From: Bacteroidota bacterium
Lineage (GTDB): Bacteria; Bacteroidota; Bacteroidia; B-17B0; Aurantibacillaceae
Direction of reading: 5' to 3'
Assembly (NCBI GenBank): GCA_025360565.1
Contig: JANYBY010000119.1
Coordinates: 15,610-79,609 of the forward strand
Length of the DNA stretch: 64,000 nucleotides
The notes below the pieces were generated by a model. It did not search any database. It saw only the letters and a program-made list of their open reading frames with translations, and was not told the DNA's origin. The position numbers and the translations under genes were made by a program. Positions within the stretch are counted from its first letter, which is position 1. Each line of letters starts with the position of its first letter. This document shows, one piece after another, positions 47,465 to 56,054 of the stretch.

Positions 47465-47608
47465 TTGGGCGCCTTATCGCGCTTTCACTGCAAGCCCCGC
47501 AGTCTTTTGCTGTGTTGCTATGGCTGCGGTGGCTTCCTCTGGTCGCCTCCTCGCCTAAGCAACCCAACGCAAAATTCTTTCGGGGGCTTTCCGTTCAATC
47601 GCGGGCGC
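47465..47608 (+). other. GC-rich structured repeat-like or ncRNA-like element
   Basis: Nested complementary pairs TTTTGC (47505-47510)/GCAAAA (47569-47574) and GTTGCT (47514-47519)/AGCAAC (47558-47563); starts TTGGGC and contains GCTTTC twice. Confidence 0.45.
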
Positions 47609-47778
47609 GGCATTAGGCTGAAATTCTGGTTGCAAAATTCCGAAGGGTTTTTATCCCCGGATTTTTGAAAATTAACAGTAATAGTGCTAACTACAAAGTA
47701 TTTGAGGGACGACTATTTATACGAAGGGGAGTAAAAGGGAAAAATCTGGAAATTGCTCTGTTTATTTAATGAATTTGT

Positions 47779-47813
47779 AAAAAAAAAGCCCGCGGAATCT
47801 ACGCCGCGGACTT
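47779..47813 (-). terminator. Intrinsic terminator of the 51587-47839 operon
   Basis: - strand AGTCCGCGG-CGTAGATT-CCGCGGGCT followed by a U-tract (A9 at 47779-47787 on +). Confidence 0.8.
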
Positions 47814-47838
47814 CTTAACCCATAGAACATGAAAAGCG

Positions 47839-48498
47839 TTATTTTGAAACAATGATTTTTTTTAAGTAAGACATACCTTGAGAATTCTGAAGTTTAACAA
47901 AATAAACCCCATCTGATAGATCACTCACATTAATTGTTGCGGAATTACCCGATACCTTTTCTGAAAATACTTTTTCGCCTATAGAATTGAATAGGCTTAC
48001 TGAAAGATTTTCAATTTCATTTTTAAAATCAATGGTAAAATAATTTTTAACCGGATTTGGAAATAGTTTAAAACTCTTCGAAAAATTTTCTTCTATTCCC
48101 GTTGCACTCGCGGCAAGTACAACAAGTTTGTGTCCGCCGGGCCCATATCCTCCAAAGGCTGTAGTGTAAGTTCCCGGTGTATTTATGGTTAGCAAAGAGT
48201 AGCCGCCGTTCACCCCTGCATTAAAAGTTGGCGTTCCTGTTGCCACCAATGTTCCGTTGCAATACCAATCTACGATCAAAGGATTTACGATCAGTATACA
48301 ATTACCATCAAAATTAGCACGAATAACCAGGCCACCGGTGTTTGGCAAATATACCGTATCGGCAATATTGTTATATCCGAAGTTAAGGGTACAATTGCCC
48401 GGCACGGCTTGAACACCTCCACAGCCGGCAACATTATTGTTTTGCGCGCTTAAGCCGGTAACGCAAAAACAACCAATGGCAAAAAATAATTTTTTCAT
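47839..48498 (-). CDS. Small secreted protein with T9SS type A CTD
   Basis: Signal peptide (..SAQ), about 110-aa Cys/Gly-rich domain, CTD 'LFPNPV...NSIGE...GVYFVKL'. Confidence 0.85.
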   Translation of the reverse strand: MKKLFFAIGCFCVTGLSAQNNNVAGCGGVQAVPGNCTLNFGYNNIADTVYLPNTGGLVIRANFDGNCILIVNPLIVDWYCNGTLVATGTPTFNAGVNGGYSLLTINTPGTYTTAFGGYGPGGHKLVVLAASATGIEENFSKSFKLFPNPVKNYFTIDFKNEIENLSVSLFNSIGEKVFSEKVSGNSATINVSDLSDGVYFVKLQNSQGMSYLKKIIVSK

Positions 48499-48512
48499 AA
48501 TTATAATTTTTA

Positions 48513-51500
48513 CTATTCTTTAATTAATTTGATCACATTAAAAGATCCTGCGTCTCCATCTTTAGCAATTATCTTCAAAAAATAAATACCATTGCTAAGC
48601 GAAGAAATATTTATTTGCTGTTCGTTTTTGTTAACATCAAATTGGGCTATTTGTTTTAAAACAAATTTTCCGGATGCGTCAGTTATCTCCAATCCAAAAT
48701 CTCTTGCTTTATCTACTGCAATATTAATGGTCAATTTATCATGTGTTGGGTTTGGAAAAACACTGAACGTTAACGCGCCGTTTGCATTTGGTATAATGCC
48801 AAGAATTGGCGATACTATTACGGAAATTGTAGTTGTACCAATACAGCCATTTAATGTTGTGGCGGTTAAAGTATATACTTGCGTAGAGACAGGCGTATAA
48901 CTTACCAGTATACCGGTTAAGTTGCCGGGTTGCCAGGTATAAGTATTAGCACCGCCTCCTGTTAACGATACAGTTGATCCAACAGAAGTTGTTGGCGAAC
49001 TTGCAGTAGCGGTAATTACAGGTGGAGCAATATTAAGAGTTTGATTGGTTAAACTTCCGGGACCAAAACCATTTGTTGACATGAGAGAAACTGTATACGT
49101 ACCATAATTTGCAAAGGAAATGGTTGGGTTTTGTGATACCGGCGTATTAATGGTAACGCCTGCCATTGGTGTTACACTCCAGCTCCAGCTTGTTGGCGAG
49201 TTGGTTGAATTATCGTTGAATAATAACGATGCGGTTAAACTACACGAAACTCCCGCATAATTAAACGCACTCACCGGTGGCGAATTGCTTGGCACAATAT
49301 CTACCTGATAAATACCGCGGCCAAATGTGGATGCTCTTAATTTTACCGGGGAGGCAGGAGAAATTTCAAGATCCGAAATTGATGTATTTGGCAAACCGGT
49401 GTTGTAAAGTGTCCATGAAGCGGCCAGATTATCTATGTAATAAACACCCACATCCATTCCAATATAAATTCTGTCATTTACATTTCCGTTTTCGTATACA
49501 ATACAATTAACAGGAAGATTTGGTAAACCCGCGGTTGTTACCGCTGTCCACGTTGTTCCGCCGGTAATTGTTTTCCATACTTTTGTTCCCGCGGTGTATC
49601 CGCTAAATACGACCCATGCATTGTTGGGATTTGTTGGAGAAACTTTAATATCCATTAATTGTGATGTCCAGAACGGAAGATTGTTGTTGGTAATTGTCCA
49701 CGTTACTCCTGCGTCAATAGATTTAAAAACGCCCGAAGTTCCGTGAATTGCATATATCACTTGATTATTTGAAGGAGCAATACAAAACTCTCGTATGTAT
49801 TGGCCTGCAGTAACCGGTGCCATTGCCCCTTGTGGAGCAAACCAAACGGGAGGTATTCCGGCTGTAGATTTTTTCATTTGCGTTTGCCCCGCATAAAATG
49901 TATTTGCATTTTGTGGATCCTGTTTCCATGGCGATACCCATGCACCCGGACCCGGCGCCCCTGCGGTACAAGTTGTCCAGGCAAGTCCACCGTTGGTCGA
50001 ATAATAATAAGCACCATTTGGCCTCGAGGCAAATAAATTCAGGTCGTTCGTTCTGTCTATAAAACAATCAGAGCCGTCGCTAGATAAACTGGCCGAGTAA
50101 TTTCCATTGTCGTAAATGTTCGAACCGTTATCCTGATGACCGCTAATTAATAAATTGGGAGAGAGAGACGAGAGACCCATTTTCCACATTTGGGCAATGT
50201 TCATAGTTCCGTTTAGATCGTTCCATAATGTGCCGGTGTATTGGCTAAGGCCTCCATCGCAAACATCGTACAAAGTTCCGTTTGGTAAATATTCTAATTC
50301 GTGATGGTCGGCATGAATAAATGGAATCGGACTCATAGTTACAGTATAAGCGCAACCGATATTTGTAAAAGAACTTCCTGAATTTAATGATTTCCATACT
50401 GCTATTCCACCTACCACAACTTCCGCTGCGTTGGTTGGTGAGGAAGCCAGAGCCAGATCATATATTCCCTGACCTTCTGCAGGCATTGGGGTAACACAAT
50501 CAAAACTTAAAATATTTGGAGTGTTGCTCATTAATGAAAAACTTACGCCTGCGTTTAATGAACGATAAATTCCCGTGAAACTCACGTCGTTTGTTTTTAC
50601 AACATACACGCAATTTGGATTTGCAGGTGTAACCGCTACTGCCGATCTTCCGCCGCCTGCAGGAATACCGTTAATTACCTGCACAAATGTTTGACCGGCA
50701 TCGGTTGAAACAGAAAAGCTTGTTCCTGTTGCATAAACTGTGTTTGCACTTGTGGCATTAAATTCAAGATCGTAAGCGTTAGCGGTGCTTACTTGCGGCC
50801 AGCTAATTCCGCCGTTGGTCGTTGTATATATTCCCTGATTTGTAGCGGCAATAATGATCAAAGGATTAACCGGATTAATTATTAATCTTCTCATCATTAC
50901 TAATTGATTTGCTGTAAAGCTTAAGCCTGTTGGGTTCCAGGATGTGCCGGCATTGGTTGAAGTTAAAACACCGCGCGAATAACTTCCGCGCCCTTGAAAA
51001 TTATAAGCATCGCCTGTTGCCAAAAACATATTGTTGGTGTTTAACGGATCTATTGCCAGATCAGAACAGCCAATAACAGCTAGATTATCGGTATTGGTTG
51101 TCCACGACGCGCCGTTGTTTGTTGTTTTCCATAATCCGCCTGCAGGTGCGCCCACCCAAAAAGTTCCGGCTATTGAAGGGTGAAACGTCATAAAATTTAA
51201 TCTGCCTGCTTTTCTTGGTAAACCGTTCTCTGCAAGCCCACTTAAATTGCCCATTGGACCTAACGGTGTCCAGGTGGTTGATACCATTTGGCTTTTGCTT
51301 TGATTTTTTGAATTTGTTTTTAAATAAGCTTCATAATTATCCCACGTTTGGCTTGGAAGCGAAAGATCGCCGCTCGGATAAACGCGGGGTTCCATAAAAG
51401 CCTCCCAACGCCTGAATTGTTTATAGCCTTTACCTTTAACCTTTATGTCTTTATCTTTCCAGTACGCATTAAATTCTTCTTGAATTTTATAAAAATTATC

Positions 51501-51587
51501 TCCCCGTTGCATGGATTGGTTCCAGTTTTGAGAAAAACTACTCATTGCTATAAGAATGATAGTTATAAGTGCTAATTGCTTTTTCAT
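48513..51587 (-). CDS. BNR/Asp-box (VPS10-like) repeat protein with PKD domain and T9SS type A CTD
   Basis: Repeated S/T-x-[ND]-x-G-x-[ST]-W boxes, 'GYKQFRRWE.F.EPR' N-terminal motif, PKD 'DNSTNSPTSWSW', CTD. Confidence 0.9.
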   Translation of the reverse strand: MKKQLALITIILIAMSSFSQNWNQSMQRGDNFYKIQEEFNAYWKDKDIKVKGKGYKQFRRWEAFMEPRVYPSGDLSLPSQTWDNYEAYLKTNSKNQSKSQMVSTTWTPLGPMGNLSGLAENGLPRKAGRLNFMTFHPSIAGTFWVGAPAGGLWKTTNNGASWTTNTDNLAVIGCSDLAIDPLNTNNMFLATGDAYNFQGRGSYSRGVLTSTNAGTSWNPTGLSFTANQLVMMRRLIINPVNPLIIIAATNQGIYTTTNGGISWPQVSTANAYDLEFNATSANTVYATGTSFSVSTDAGQTFVQVINGIPAGGGRSAVAVTPANPNCVYVVKTNDVSFTGIYRSLNAGVSFSLMSNTPNILSFDCVTPMPAEGQGIYDLALASSPTNAAEVVVGGIAVWKSLNSGSSFTNIGCAYTVTMSPIPFIHADHHELEYLPNGTLYDVCDGGLSQYTGTLWNDLNGTMNIAQMWKMGLSSLSPNLLISGHQDNGSNIYDNGNYSASLSSDGSDCFIDRTNDLNLFASRPNGAYYYSTNGGLAWTTCTAGAPGPGAWVSPWKQDPQNANTFYAGQTQMKKSTAGIPPVWFAPQGAMAPVTAGQYIREFCIAPSNNQVIYAIHGTSGVFKSIDAGVTWTITNNNLPFWTSQLMDIKVSPTNPNNAWVVFSGYTAGTKVWKTITGGTTWTAVTTAGLPNLPVNCIVYENGNVNDRIYIGMDVGVYYIDNLAASWTLYNTGLPNTSISDLEISPASPVKLRASTFGRGIYQVDIVPSNSPPVSAFNYAGVSCSLTASLLFNDNSTNSPTSWSWSVTPMAGVTINTPVSQNPTISFANYGTYTVSLMSTNGFGPGSLTNQTLNIAPPVITATASSPTTSVGSTVSLTGGGANTYTWQPGNLTGILVSYTPVSTQVYTLTATTLNGCIGTTTISVIVSPILGIIPNANGALTFSVFPNPTHDKLTINIAVDKARDFGLEITDASGKFVLKQIAQFDVNKNEQQINISSLSNGIYFLKIIAKDGDAGSFNVIKLIKE

Positions 51588-51610
51588 ATTAAGAGGTTTA
51601 ATTCCTATTA

Positions 51611-51700
51611 TAAAATTAAAGAGTTTAAATGTAGGAACGGGGATAGATTAAATATCCGCTTGGGATAATTAAATATTCGTAACCAATAATCAATTATCCG
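51611..51700 (-). promoter_or_regulatory. Promoter B: three 21-bp-period direct repeats plus -7 box
   Basis: - strand units start at 51700 CGGATAATTGAT, 51679 CGAATATTTAAT and 51658 CGGATATTTAAT; TAATTTTA at 51618-51611. Confidence 0.8.
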
Positions 51701-51779
51701 CATCCTAAAGAGGGTGTTATGGCTTTTTGTTGAATGATATTAGGTTAATCAAAAAACAAAAGTGCGGATGGCAGAGTAT

Positions 51780-51868
51780 CGAATTCCTTCAAATTGCAAA
51801 CGTTCATTTATTTTTTCAAGGCGAATATTTATTCTGACATAAAAAACAATAATAACCTGCTAATTTTA
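51780..51868 (+). promoter_or_regulatory. Promoter C: three 21-bp-period direct repeats plus -7 box
   Basis: + strand units start at 51780 CGAATTCCTTCA, 51801 CGTTCATTTATT and 51822 CGAATATTTATT; TAATTTTA at 51861-51868. Confidence 0.75.
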
Positions 51869-51891
51869 GGACATTAATAAAATGTTCAATT

Positions 51892-53853
51892 ATGAGAAAA
51901 TTATTTTTTACAGTAATAAGTATATTAACAGTTACTTTATTTGAAGCCCAGCAAAACCCATATTTTCAATGGGCAAAAGCAGTTGGCGGCACAAATAATG
52001 ATAAAGCCAATTCAATAACACATGATGTATTAGGAAATATCTATATTACTGGCGATTTTGAAGGAACGGTTGATTTTGATCCGGGTCCCGGTACATTTAC
52101 CATGGTTGCAGTAGCTTTTAACGATGTTTTTATTTTAAAATTAGATCCCGTTGGAAATTTTATTTGGGCTAAAAGTTTTGGAGGCGCTGATGGAGAGACA
52201 GGGAAGTCAATAAGCGTTGATGCATTGGGAAATGTGTATACATCGGGATATTATAGACTGACAGTTGATTTTGATCCCGGACCGGGAACGTTCAGTATTA
52301 CATCGGCCGGTGTTGATGATATTTTTATTTCGAAACTTGACGCTTTGGGAAATTTTGTTTGGGCCAAAAGCATGGGCGGAACGATTTACGACTATGGCTA
52401 TTCTCTAACGGTTGACGCTGTGGGGAATGTGTACACTACAGGAAATTTTCAAGGCACTGCCGATTTTGACCCGGGCATAGGAACCTATACTTTGAGTGTA
52501 GTGGGGCCCGGTGATTATGGTTTTATTTCAAAGCTCGACGTGTCCGGAAATTTTGTATGGGCAAAAAGTATTGGAGGCAGCGCTTTCTGTTATGGCAGAT
52601 CTATTTCAGTAGATGTAACAGGAAATGTTTTTTCTACCGGACTTTATGGGGGCATTGTAGATTTTGATCCGGGAGTTGGAACCTATACGTTAAACTCACC
52701 TACCGGGTATGATATTTATATTTTAAAATTAGATGTTTCAGGAAACTTTGTTTGGGTAAAAGGCATGGGGGGTACAGGATACGATACCGGAAATTCTATT
52801 GTACTTGATGGGTCCGGAAATATTTTTACCACAGGGCGTTTTCAAAACACCGTAGATTTTGATCCCGGAGTTGGCACCTATACATTATCGTGTATGGGCA
52901 GTGATGTTTTTGTTTCGAAACTGGATGCTTCCGGAAATTTTGTATGGGCTAAAAATATGGGCGGAACAAATTCAAGTACAGAAGCACAGTGTATAAGTTT
53001 GGATGCATTGGGAAATGTTTATACAACCGGATATTATGATGGAACAACTGATTTTGATCCGGGAGTAACAACGTTTACTTTGGCACCGGTGGGAACGGAG
53101 GATGTTTTTATTTCGAAGCTCACCTCTTCAGGAAATTTTGCCTGGGCCAAAAGCATTGGTTCCGCCGGCTTATTTTCGGGAGGAAACGCGTTGACGGTTG
53201 ATGCTTTGAGCAATGTTTATACAGCGGGGTATTTTCAGGGGCTTACTGATTTTGGAATTGGTCAGGGAAATTTTACGCTAACCGCAAACGGACAATACGA
53301 TGTTTTTGTTCATAAAATTGGGCAATGTATTTTACCAAGCGTTCCCGCAAACGTAACGAGTTTCACAAACCAAAATATTTGCGATGCTAATTCTACTACA
53401 CTCAGCGCCAATTCAACCGGAACAATAAATTGGTATTCAACTCCAACATCCACGGTAGTTTTAGGTTCGGGAACTAATTTTATTACGCCAACTTTATCGG
53501 TAGGTAATTATACTTATTACGCTGAAGCTGCTACCTGCACGGTAAGCGTGGCTCGAACACCAGTTACCGTAACAGCAAACATTTGTTTGGGAGTACAAGA
53601 AAGGATAAATGAGAATGCTGAATTTAAGATCTACCCAAATCCGGTGAATGATCTTTGTACTTTTGATGTTGAATCATTGGTTGCATTGGAAAGTGTAATT
53701 GAGATCGTAAATTCATTGGGGCAAAAAGTGCTGAATGAAAAATTTGAAACGCGGCAAGCCTCTTTTAATTTATCAAAATTATCTCCCGGAATTTATTTTG
53801 CCTCAATTAAACAAGGAGTATTTGTAAAAACGGTTAAGTTGATAAAGGAGTAA
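51892..53853 (+). CDS. SBBP-repeat beta-propeller protein with Ig-like domain and T9SS type A CTD
   Basis: Seven 65-66-aa repeats (DFDPG motif at 52072, 52267, 52462, 52660, 52855, 53050; DFG at 53248), 'WY..PT...LG.G..F.TP.L....TYY' Ig-like domain, CTD. Confidence 0.9.
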   Translation: MRKLFFTVISILTVTLFEAQQNPYFQWAKAVGGTNNDKANSITHDVLGNIYITGDFEGTVDFDPGPGTFTMVAVAFNDVFILKLDPVGNFIWAKSFGGADGETGKSISVDALGNVYTSGYYRLTVDFDPGPGTFSITSAGVDDIFISKLDALGNFVWAKSMGGTIYDYGYSLTVDAVGNVYTTGNFQGTADFDPGIGTYTLSVVGPGDYGFISKLDVSGNFVWAKSIGGSAFCYGRSISVDVTGNVFSTGLYGGIVDFDPGVGTYTLNSPTGYDIYILKLDVSGNFVWVKGMGGTGYDTGNSIVLDGSGNIFTTGRFQNTVDFDPGVGTYTLSCMGSDVFVSKLDASGNFVWAKNMGGTNSSTEAQCISLDALGNVYTTGYYDGTTDFDPGVTTFTLAPVGTEDVFISKLTSSGNFAWAKSIGSAGLFSGGNALTVDALSNVYTAGYFQGLTDFGIGQGNFTLTANGQYDVFVHKIGQCILPSVPANVTSFTNQNICDANSTTLSANSTGTINWYSTPTSTVVLGSGTNFITPTLSVGNYTYYAEAATCTVSVARTPVTVTANICLGVQERINENAEFKIYPNPVNDLCTFDVESLVALESVIEIVNSLGQKVLNEKFETRQASFNLSKLSPGIYFASIKQGVFVKTVKLIKE

Positions 53854-53900
53854 TTTTAATTTTTGAAAGGAATTAAAACTGTAGGTGTTGAGGTAAAAAA

Positions 53901-55163
53901 CTACGGTTGTTTCAAAATAAATTTCCGCAATAAATTTAAAGCCGAACTTGCCGTCATAACAATATTTCGTTGACGGTTATCGCCAAAAATAAATTTAAAG
54001 GCCTGCACTTTTTCTTTGTTGGCAATGGCTATCCAAACCAAGCCCACAGGTTTTTCGGCAGTACCGCCACTTGGCCCGGCAATACCCGAAACCGAAAGCG
54101 CATAATCTGAGTTAAATTTTTTAAGTGTGTTTACCGCCAATTGCTCTACACATTCTTTACTCACCGCGCCAACGGTTAAAAAAAGTTTTTGTTCAACCTG
54201 CAGCAATTCGTGTTTGGCGGTATTTGTGTAAGGAACAATTGCACCTTTAAAAATTTCGGAAGCGCCGGGAATGGAAGTGAATAAAGAAGCAATGTAACCG
54301 CCTGTGCAACTTTCGGCAAGGGCAATAGTTTGTTTTTTATCACGCAACAGATCGCTCACAATTTTTTGCAGAGTAGGGGCTTCCTCTCCGTAATTTTCAT
54401 ATCCAAAAATGTGGTTTTCGATCAAGGCACTTAATTTAATAATTTCTTCATCCACATTTTTTTTAAGCGTGTTCAGGTCAGGCCCAATGGTTGAGAGACG
54501 CAAACGCACCATGCCGGATTGCGGCAAGTAAGCCAATTTAATTTTCTTCGCGGCTAAATTATTTTCCCAATCTTCAATTATTTCGGCAATAGCACTTTCG
54601 CCCATGCCCTGCGTTAAAACTGTTTTGTGATAAATAAACGGAAGCGTATTTTCCTTTTTCAATTTTGGCAAAACTGTTTCTGCCATCATTGCTTTCATTT
54701 CGTAAGGTACGCCCGGCATACTTATAAATACAGTGTCGTTTTTTTTCATCCACATGCCGGGCGCCGTGCCGTTGGGATTAGGAATTACAAAGCAACCCTC
54801 CGGAACAAAGGCCTGCTGTCGGTTTATTTCACCTACCTCACGCCCACGTTTTATAAAAAAAGAAGAAACGATCTTTAAAACGTTTTCATCTAAAATCAAT
54901 TTCGCGTTAAAATAATTTGAAAATGTTTTTTTGGTAATATCATCTTTTGTTGGCCCTAATCCTCCTGTTATAAAAACAATATTGGCTCGGTTAATAGCGG
55001 CATCAAACGCATTTACAATTGCGGTTTCATCATCCGAAACACTTGCCATATGCACTACAGTAATACCCAGCATGTTTAATTCCTGGGCGATCCAAACAGA
55101 ATTGGTATTGGTAATTTGTCCGATCAAGATCTCATCGCCAATAGTTAAAATTTCAGCTTTCAT
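53901..55163 (-). CDS. cinA: Competence/damage-inducible protein CinA (molybdopterin-binding-like plus PncC domains)
   Basis: 'MKAEILTIGDEILIGQ..NTNS', 'TGGLGPTKDD.T', 'AESCTGG', 'SGIAGP.GG...KPVGLV'. ATG 55163 is chosen over the track start. Confidence 0.93.
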   Translation of the reverse strand: MKAEILTIGDEILIGQITNTNSVWIAQELNMLGITVVHMASVSDDETAIVNAFDAAINRANIVFITGGLGPTKDDITKKTFSNYFNAKLILDENVLKIVSSFFIKRGREVGEINRQQAFVPEGCFVIPNPNGTAPGMWMKKNDTVFISMPGVPYEMKAMMAETVLPKLKKENTLPFIYHKTVLTQGMGESAIAEIIEDWENNLAAKKIKLAYLPQSGMVRLRLSTIGPDLNTLKKNVDEEIIKLSALIENHIFGYENYGEEAPTLQKIVSDLLRDKKQTIALAESCTGGYIASLFTSIPGASEIFKGAIVPYTNTAKHELLQVEQKLFLTVGAVSKECVEQLAVNTLKKFNSDYALSVSGIAGPSGGTAEKPVGLVWIAIANKEKVQAFKFIFGDNRQRNIVMTASSALNLLRKFILKQP

Positions 55164-55311
55164 GTTATTTCTAAGTACTGTGTCTTTAATGGTAAAGTTT
55201 GAAAAAATTAATACCAATGGTTATTGGTTTAAATTATCTATTTTTACATAACGCAAAATACCAAAAAAACCGTTTCTGCTCATCCATAAGTAAAGTAAAA
55301 AACAAAAACAT

Positions 55312-56052
55312 ATGAAGAAGATATTAATACTCATTTACATCGTTTCTGCAACAGGTTTGAATGCGCAGTTTAAAGATTTTTTAAAAAAACAAAAGGATAG
55401 TTTAATTAAAAAAGAAAAAGCGATCGTTGCCGGGGATAAAAAACCCGAATTAACCAACGATGAAGTTGTAAAAGGATTAAAAGAAGCCTTAACCATTGGC
55501 ACAAATAATTCGGCGGCCTTAACAAGCAAGCTGGATGGATATAACAAGAACCCCCGCATTTTTATTCCTTGGCCGCAAGAGGCAAAAGACATGAAGGAAA
55601 AATTAATGAAATTGGGAATGGAAAAAAAGATAATAGAATTTGAAACCAGTTTAAACCGCGCCGCCGAAGAGGCCGCGAAAAAAGCCGCTTCCGTTTTTGT
55701 GGATGCGATAACCAATATGAGTTTGCAGGATGGTTTTGCAATTTTAAAAGGGGTTGATACAGCGGCCACCAATTATTTACGCAAAACAACGTATAACCCT
55801 TTACATGATAAATTTATTCCGGTTGTAAAAGAAGCGGTAAATACAGTGAAAGTAACAAGTTATTGGAATCCATTAGTGACTACCTACAATAAAATTCCGG
55901 GCGTTAAAAAACAAAATCCTGATCTTGATGAATACGTTACCAACAAGGCCATTAACGGTTTAATGGTATTGATTGCAGACGAAGAAATGAAAATTCGCAA
56001 AGACCCTTTGGCGAGGGTGACCGATCTGTTGAAAAAGGTTTTCGGGCATTAA
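55312..56052 (+). CDS. DUF4197 family exported protein
   Basis: 'GLKEAL..G', 'NRAAEEAA', 'AIT.MS..D...IL.G...AAT.YL', 'IA.EE..IRKDP.AR.TDLLKKVFG'. Confidence 0.88.
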   Translation: MKKILILIYIVSATGLNAQFKDFLKKQKDSLIKKEKAIVAGDKKPELTNDEVVKGLKEALTIGTNNSAALTSKLDGYNKNPRIFIPWPQEAKDMKEKLMKLGMEKKIIEFETSLNRAAEEAAKKAASVFVDAITNMSLQDGFAILKGVDTAATNYLRKTTYNPLHDKFIPVVKEAVNTVKVTSYWNPLVTTYNKIPGVKKQNPDLDEYVTNKAINGLMVLIADEEMKIRKDPLARVTDLLKKVFGH

Positions 56053-56054
56053 AT

